Source of the DNA: a virus
Lineage: Duplodnaviria > Caudoviricetes
IMG/VR virus record: IMGVR_UViG_3300049712_000015
Span: 1 to 39,134 of that record
Direction: 5' to 3' (one strand)
DNA length: 39,134 bases
The notes under the pieces are model-generated. The model was given only the letters and a program-made list of their open reading frames with translations, searched no databases and was not told where the DNA came from. Of this stretch, positions 35,060 to 39,134 are shown in pieces (the first letter of the stretch is position 1; each line of letters opens with the position of its first letter). Both the position numbers and the translations under genes were made by a program.

Positions 35060-35635
35060 ATGGATAAAGCAGAACGACTAAAAAGGCTATTAGATGTCGC
35101 AACAGAAGACCGCCCTTCAACAAAAGAAGTGGCTGGCTTACTTTCCACCTTAATTAAACAAGTCAGAGAGACTTTGGATAAGACAAAGGGCGAAATGATG
35201 AAGTGTATGGAGAAGGTTTCACATGAAACCCTGATGTCTGTGAACGAGAAGGTCGCTTCTATGGATACGATGCTCCAAGACTGTGAAAAGCGTCTTAATA
35301 AAGCGATTAAAACTCTACAAACAGACAACTACAAACTCCTGAACAACGAGGTATACAAGCTAGAGCAAGCCATAAAGGATATTAAGCCCTTTGACGCTAC
35401 AACCTTAGAGAATAAGTGGGCGGTTAGACTACTCGAAGTAGAAACCCGAATTGATGAAATCAAACAACTAAGTGCTTACGAGGTTCGAGATTTAATAGAG
35501 TCCTTACCTGATGGAGAAAAGGTAGTCTGGTCTGCAATTCAAGGCGTTGTAGGTATCCATGTTGGTAAAACACCACCAGAAGACAAGGATATGCTCTGGT
35601 TAGACACCACTGGTGGTTGGGTTGAGATGAAATAA
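35060..35635 (+). CDS. Coiled-coil putative virion protein
   Basis: Coiled coil plus C-terminal IHVGKTPP...LWLDT motif seen in fibre-associated proteins; TGATATAAT at 35032-35040. Confidence 0.6.
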   Translation: MDKAERLKRLLDVATEDRPSTKEVAGLLSTLIKQVRETLDKTKGEMMKCMEKVSHETLMSVNEKVASMDTMLQDCEKRLNKAIKTLQTDNYKLLNNEVYKLEQAIKDIKPFDATTLENKWAVRLLEVETRIDEIKQLSAYEVRDLIESLPDGEKVVWSAIQGVVGIHVGKTPPEDKDMLWLDTTGGWVEMK

Positions 35636-35637
35636 AC

Positions 35638-36420
35638 ATGCTTAGTTGTATCATTCCTAGTTATAAAGACCCTCTTTTACAAAAGACGATTGATTCTCTA
35701 TTGGAAAATGCTGAAGGAGAGATTGAGATTATTGCCGTCCTCGATGGCTATTGGCCGACAGTTCCCTTGAAAAATGACAAGCGTTTAAAGATACTACACT
35801 TAGGTAAAAATCGTGGCATGAGGGAAGCCATAAACGCTGGTATTTTAATGTCTACGGGAGAATGGATTATGCGTATGGACGAACATCAGATAGTTGGTAA
35901 GGGTTACGACAAAGTTCTAACTAGAGACTGTAGCGACAACATGGTTATGACCCTACGTAGGTATTTTTTAGATGTAGTGAAGTGGGAAGTTATGGACATA
36001 CCACCCGTGGACTCTTCTAAGTTAGTTATCGCAGGAGAGCCGAAGAAATTTGCTGGCTCTGAGTGGAAAAGTCATGCTGAAAAGAACAAAGACGTAATGA
36101 TTTACGAAACAATGGCTATGCAAGGCAGTATGTGGTGCATGAAAAGAAGTCATTGGGACGAAGTCATTGGTAAACTTCAAACAGAAGGTTATGGCCCATT
36201 GATACAAGACTCACATGAGATAGTTTTCAAAACTTGGAAGAACGGAGGCAGATTGATGGTGAACAAAAATTCTTGGCACGCTCATAAGCATAGGGACTTT
36301 CCTAGAACCCATAACAACGGCACTCCTGAAAATCCTGCTAAATGTAATGACGGTTATGCCTACGCTTTATCTGTTTGGGGTGACTACTATAAAGAAATAA
36401 AAGAAAAATGGGGGATTTAA
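35638..36420 (+). CDS. GT-A glycosyltransferase (GT2/GT27-like), paralogue of 38395
   Basis: SCIIPS, EIIAVLDG, GMREAIN.G, MDEH (DxH), MQGS.W and W..GGR.MVN...WHAH motifs. Confidence 0.85.
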   Translation: MLSCIIPSYKDPLLQKTIDSLLENAEGEIEIIAVLDGYWPTVPLKNDKRLKILHLGKNRGMREAINAGILMSTGEWIMRMDEHQIVGKGYDKVLTRDCSDNMVMTLRRYFLDVVKWEVMDIPPVDSSKLVIAGEPKKFAGSEWKSHAEKNKDVMIYETMAMQGSMWCMKRSHWDEVIGKLQTEGYGPLIQDSHEIVFKTWKNGGRLMVNKNSWHAHKHRDFPRTHNNGTPENPAKCNDGYAYALSVWGDYYKEIKEKWGI

Positions 36421-37097
36421 CAATCATAATGCTTACGAGCAATAAAGTGCCAGATGGCTGGGCAAAGTTTCATAAGGAGGAACTTTTAAAGGCGGCTGGT
36501 AAGTACCCTATTATTTCTATATCTCGTAAGCCTATAGACCTCGGTACGAACTACATTGACCAAGAACCGATGTCTTTCTCCAATCTATACGCTTTAATCT
36601 TACGGGGCGCAAAACTCGCCACAACGCCATTTATCGCCCTTGTGGAAGACGATACCCTCTATACCCCAGAACATTTCAACTCATTCCGCCCGCCAACGGA
36701 CTCTTTTGGATACAACATGAATAGATGGTCACTTTTCACTTGGGGCGAAGCAATATACTCAAGAAAGGACAACAAGGTCGGAGCAGCCATGATTGCTCCG
36801 AGACTTCTGACTATCGAAGCTCTTGAAGAACGCTTCGCAAAACACCCGACACTTCCACCTGTAAATTGCGGAGAGCTTGGAACTGGCGGTGAGAAAGAGC
36901 TTGGTGTATCGGAGAGAAAGTCTTGCAGATTTAATTCAAAATACCCCATTGTTCAATTCAATCACGACTTCTTTTCCACTATAGATAACTCTGAAGCCAA
37001 CGTAGCTCGAAGACACAAAAAGAAATTAGGAGACGTTCAAGCATACGATATTCCTTACTGGAGAACAGCCGAAGATTTAGTTAAGAAATTCTCATGA
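36408..37097 (+). CDS. Putative GT-A glycosyltransferase, paralogue of 37094
   Basis: GAKLATTPFIALVEDDTLY (DxD-like), FNHD and AYDIPYW motifs. Confidence 0.65.
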   Translation: MGDLTIIMLTSNKVPDGWAKFHKEELLKAAGKYPIISISRKPIDLGTNYIDQEPMSFSNLYALILRGAKLATTPFIALVEDDTLYTPEHFNSFRPPTDSFGYNMNRWSLFTWGEAIYSRKDNKVGAAMIAPRLLTIEALEERFAKHPTLPPVNCGELGTGGEKELGVSERKSCRFNSKYPIVQFNHDFFSTIDNSEANVARRHKKKLGDVQAYDIPYWRTAEDLVKKFS

Positions 37098-37780
37098 ATA
37101 CCACGGTAATATTTCTCACGCAAAATAACCTTCCCAAACAATGGACTTCATATCACAGGGGAGTTCTTTTGGAAGCTGTGGGGGATTTACCGCTCATCAC
37201 CGTTTCCCGCAAGCCCTTAGACTTTGGACTAAACATCATTCAGACAGAACCTAAAAGCCCATCGAATATCTACTGGCAGATACTTAAGGCGGCAAAGATT
37301 GCCACGACTAAATTTATTGCTATAGCTGAAGATGACACGCTATACCACAAAGACCATTTCAATTTCAAACTAGACGATGGAGCTGTCGGCTACAACATGA
37401 CCCACTGGTCTTTATTCACTTGGATAGACAAGCACCACAAAGAGCCGACATATTCCTGGCGCAATAGGAGGGGTAATTATTCAATGAAAGGCGATAGAGA
37501 GGTAATTATAAAAGCGTTGGAGGAGAGATTTGCCAAGTGGCCAGACGGTACGCCTGATAAAACAACTGGTGAAATAGGGAGGCCGATGGTGGAAAGGAAT
37601 TTAGGAGTGAGTCATGTAGAAGCGGTGGAGTTCTACACTTCGATTGCTGTGGTGAATTTCAATCACGACTACGCAATGGATGACTTACAAATAAGACATC
37701 AGAAAGGTATGGGAGGACTGCGGGCGTACGACATCCCTTATTGGGGTAGGGCGAAGGATTTAGTAACTAATTTTAAATAA
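37094..37780 (+). CDS. Putative GT-A glycosyltransferase, paralogue of 36408
   Basis: AAKIATTKFIAIAEDDTLY, GYNM.HWSLFTW, FNHD and AYDIPYW motifs. Confidence 0.65.
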   Translation: MNTTVIFLTQNNLPKQWTSYHRGVLLEAVGDLPLITVSRKPLDFGLNIIQTEPKSPSNIYWQILKAAKIATTKFIAIAEDDTLYHKDHFNFKLDDGAVGYNMTHWSLFTWIDKHHKEPTYSWRNRRGNYSMKGDREVIIKALEERFAKWPDGTPDKTTGEIGRPMVERNLGVSHVEAVEFYTSIAVVNFNHDYAMDDLQIRHQKGMGGLRAYDIPYWGRAKDLVTNFK

Positions 37781-38398
37781 ATGAAAATTAAAGACGCACT
37801 AAAAGAAAAGGGAACTCCATATGAAATACCAGATTGTAACCGAGAGGATTTGCCAGCTTTCTTTAAAGAAATGGGATATAAGGTAGGTGTCGAAATTGGT
37901 ACGGCTAAGGGTGTATACGCAGAGATTATCTGTAAGGCAGGGCTAAAACTCTACGCCATAGACCCCTGGATTGATTACGCTGACTATCGAAGTACTAAGG
38001 TTAGTGAGTGGCAGAAGGAACTCGACCATCAGTATCAACAGACGGTTGACCGTTTGAAACCCTATGACTGCACGATTATAAGGAAAACTTCTATGGAGGC
38101 CCTCAATGATTTCGCTGATGAGTCACTAGATTTTGTCTACATAGACGGTAATCATGAATTTAAATACGTTGTAGAGGATATTCACGAATGGTCAAAGAAA
38201 GTCCGCAAAGGAGGCTGTATCTCAGGTCACGATTATCTCTACACCATGCCTCGTGCCTGGGACAGAATACACGTCAAAGATGTCCTTCCAGCCTATACAA
38301 AAGCCTACGGGATAAAGCCGTGGTTTGTAGTTGGTAGAAAAGACAAAGTCCCAGGGGAAAAGAGAGATGGTTTTAGAAGCTGGTTTTGGCTCAAATGA
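37781..38398 (+). CDS. Class I SAM methyltransferase (Methyltransf_24-like)
   Basis: GVEIGT..G, LYAIDPW, LDFVYIDGNH.F..V..D and GG.ISGHDY motifs. Confidence 0.9.
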   Translation: MKIKDALKEKGTPYEIPDCNREDLPAFFKEMGYKVGVEIGTAKGVYAEIICKAGLKLYAIDPWIDYADYRSTKVSEWQKELDHQYQQTVDRLKPYDCTIIRKTSMEALNDFADESLDFVYIDGNHEFKYVVEDIHEWSKKVRKGGCISGHDYLYTMPRAWDRIHVKDVLPAYTKAYGIKPWFVVGRKDKVPGEKRDGFRSWFWLK

Positions 38399-39134
38399 AA
38401 GACATATCAATCCTCATACCCGCCAGAAATGAGATGTTTCTAGCAGGGACAATAGAACAGCTACTAAAGTATTCTGAAAGTGACTTTGAAATTATCGTTG
38501 TACTGGACGGTCAATGGGCTGAACCTGCTATACCTCAACATGAACGTGTGAACGTTGTGTACTTACCAGAAAGTATAGGGCAGAGAGCTGGGACAAATTT
38601 GGCATGTCGTTTGGCACAAGGTAAGTATGTAGTTAAAACAGATGCACACTGTATGTTTGAGAAGGGCTGGGATAGAAAAATGTTGGAAGGTTTTAAAGTA
38701 ACTGGAGATAACGTTGTAGCCGTGCCGACCATGAGGAACTTGTGGATGTTTGATTGGAAATGTTACTCCTGCGGTTGGAAAAAGTATCAAGGGCCAACAC
38801 CAGATAAGTGTGCCGAGTGTGGAAGTACCAATGTAAAACGAAAAATGATGTGGGTAGGGAAGGAAAGGCCACAAAGTAATTCTTACTGTTTCGACTCAGA
38901 GCCGCATTTTCAATACTTCAACGAATATTGTAAAAGACCAGAATATTTGGAGCAACTAAAAACAGGGCTAACCGAGTCCATGTCAATTCAAGGTTCGTTC
39001 TTTATGCTTACTCGTGAGAAATACTGGGAATTAAACATTTCCGATGAAGCTTTTGGCTCATGGGGTTCTCAAGGAATTGAGGTAGCCTGTAAGTTCTGGT
39101 TATCAGGCGGGCGTGTTATAATTAACCATAACAC
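38395..39134 (+). CDS. GT-A glycosyltransferase (GT2/GT27 ppGalNAc-T-like) with zinc-ribbon insert; continues to 391 (325 aa in total)
   Basis: Not in the ORF track because it runs off the end. MKDISILIPARNE..EIIVVLDG..GQRAGTN..KTDAHC (DxH at 38641), CYSC..CAEC, then the Gal/GalNAc-T-like motif. Confidence 0.87.
   Translation, partial: MKDISILIPARNEMFLAGTIEQLLKYSESDFEIIVVLDGQWAEPAIPQHERVNVVYLPESIGQRAGTNLACRLAQGKYVVKTDAHCMFEKGWDRKMLEGFKVTGDNVVAVPTMRNLWMFDWKCYSCGWKKYQGPTPDKCAECGSTNVKRKMMWVGKERPQSNSYCFDSEPHFQYFNEYCKRPEYLEQLKTGLTESMSIQGSFFMLTREKYWELNISDEAFGSWGSQGIEVACKFWLSGGRVIINHN
38982..39134 (+). repeat. Direct terminal repeat / circular assembly overlap (copy 2)
   Basis: Matches 1-153 with one mismatch. 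Confidence 0.97.

Noticed and set aside
1-39134. Genome-wide stop-codon reassignment
   Set aside because: Core genes are intact in the standard code, and TAA, TAG and TGA all end tightly packed genes.

Overview
This window is an apparently complete, circularly permuted tailed-phage genome. Bases 38982-39134 repeat bases 1-153 with one mismatch, giving a unit length of about 38,981 bp, and a glycosyltransferase gene runs across the join. The architecture is podovirus-like: TerS, TerL, portal, scaffold, P22/N4-type major capsid, adaptor, Gly-rich fibre, nozzle and two large ejection-type proteins, with no tape measure or sheath gene. It also has an M23-peptidase/holin lysis cassette, a leftward early operon (SSB-like, HTH, NinB/NinG-like), a divergent control region at about 10.5-11.1 kb, one atypical tRNA-like gene and several HNH/EndoVII nucleases. 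No integrase, polymerase, primase or helicase is recognisable. The striking feature is a glycosylation system of about 13 genes (about 9.3 kb, roughly a quarter of the genome) in two clusters inside the virion module. Cluster 1 directly follows the capsid gene. Cluster 2 contains two enzymes with polypeptide-GalNAc-transferase (GT27)-like motifs and lies just upstream of two putative virion proteins carrying long mucin-like (SSS[P/I/V])n tracts. Together these suggest a phage-encoded mucin-type protein O-glycosylation system (inference). SD-less A/T-rich leaders, TGnTATAAT promoters and the absence of spanins point tentatively to a monoderm host such as Patescibacteria/CPR. All family calls come from motif recognition by eye, not from database searches.
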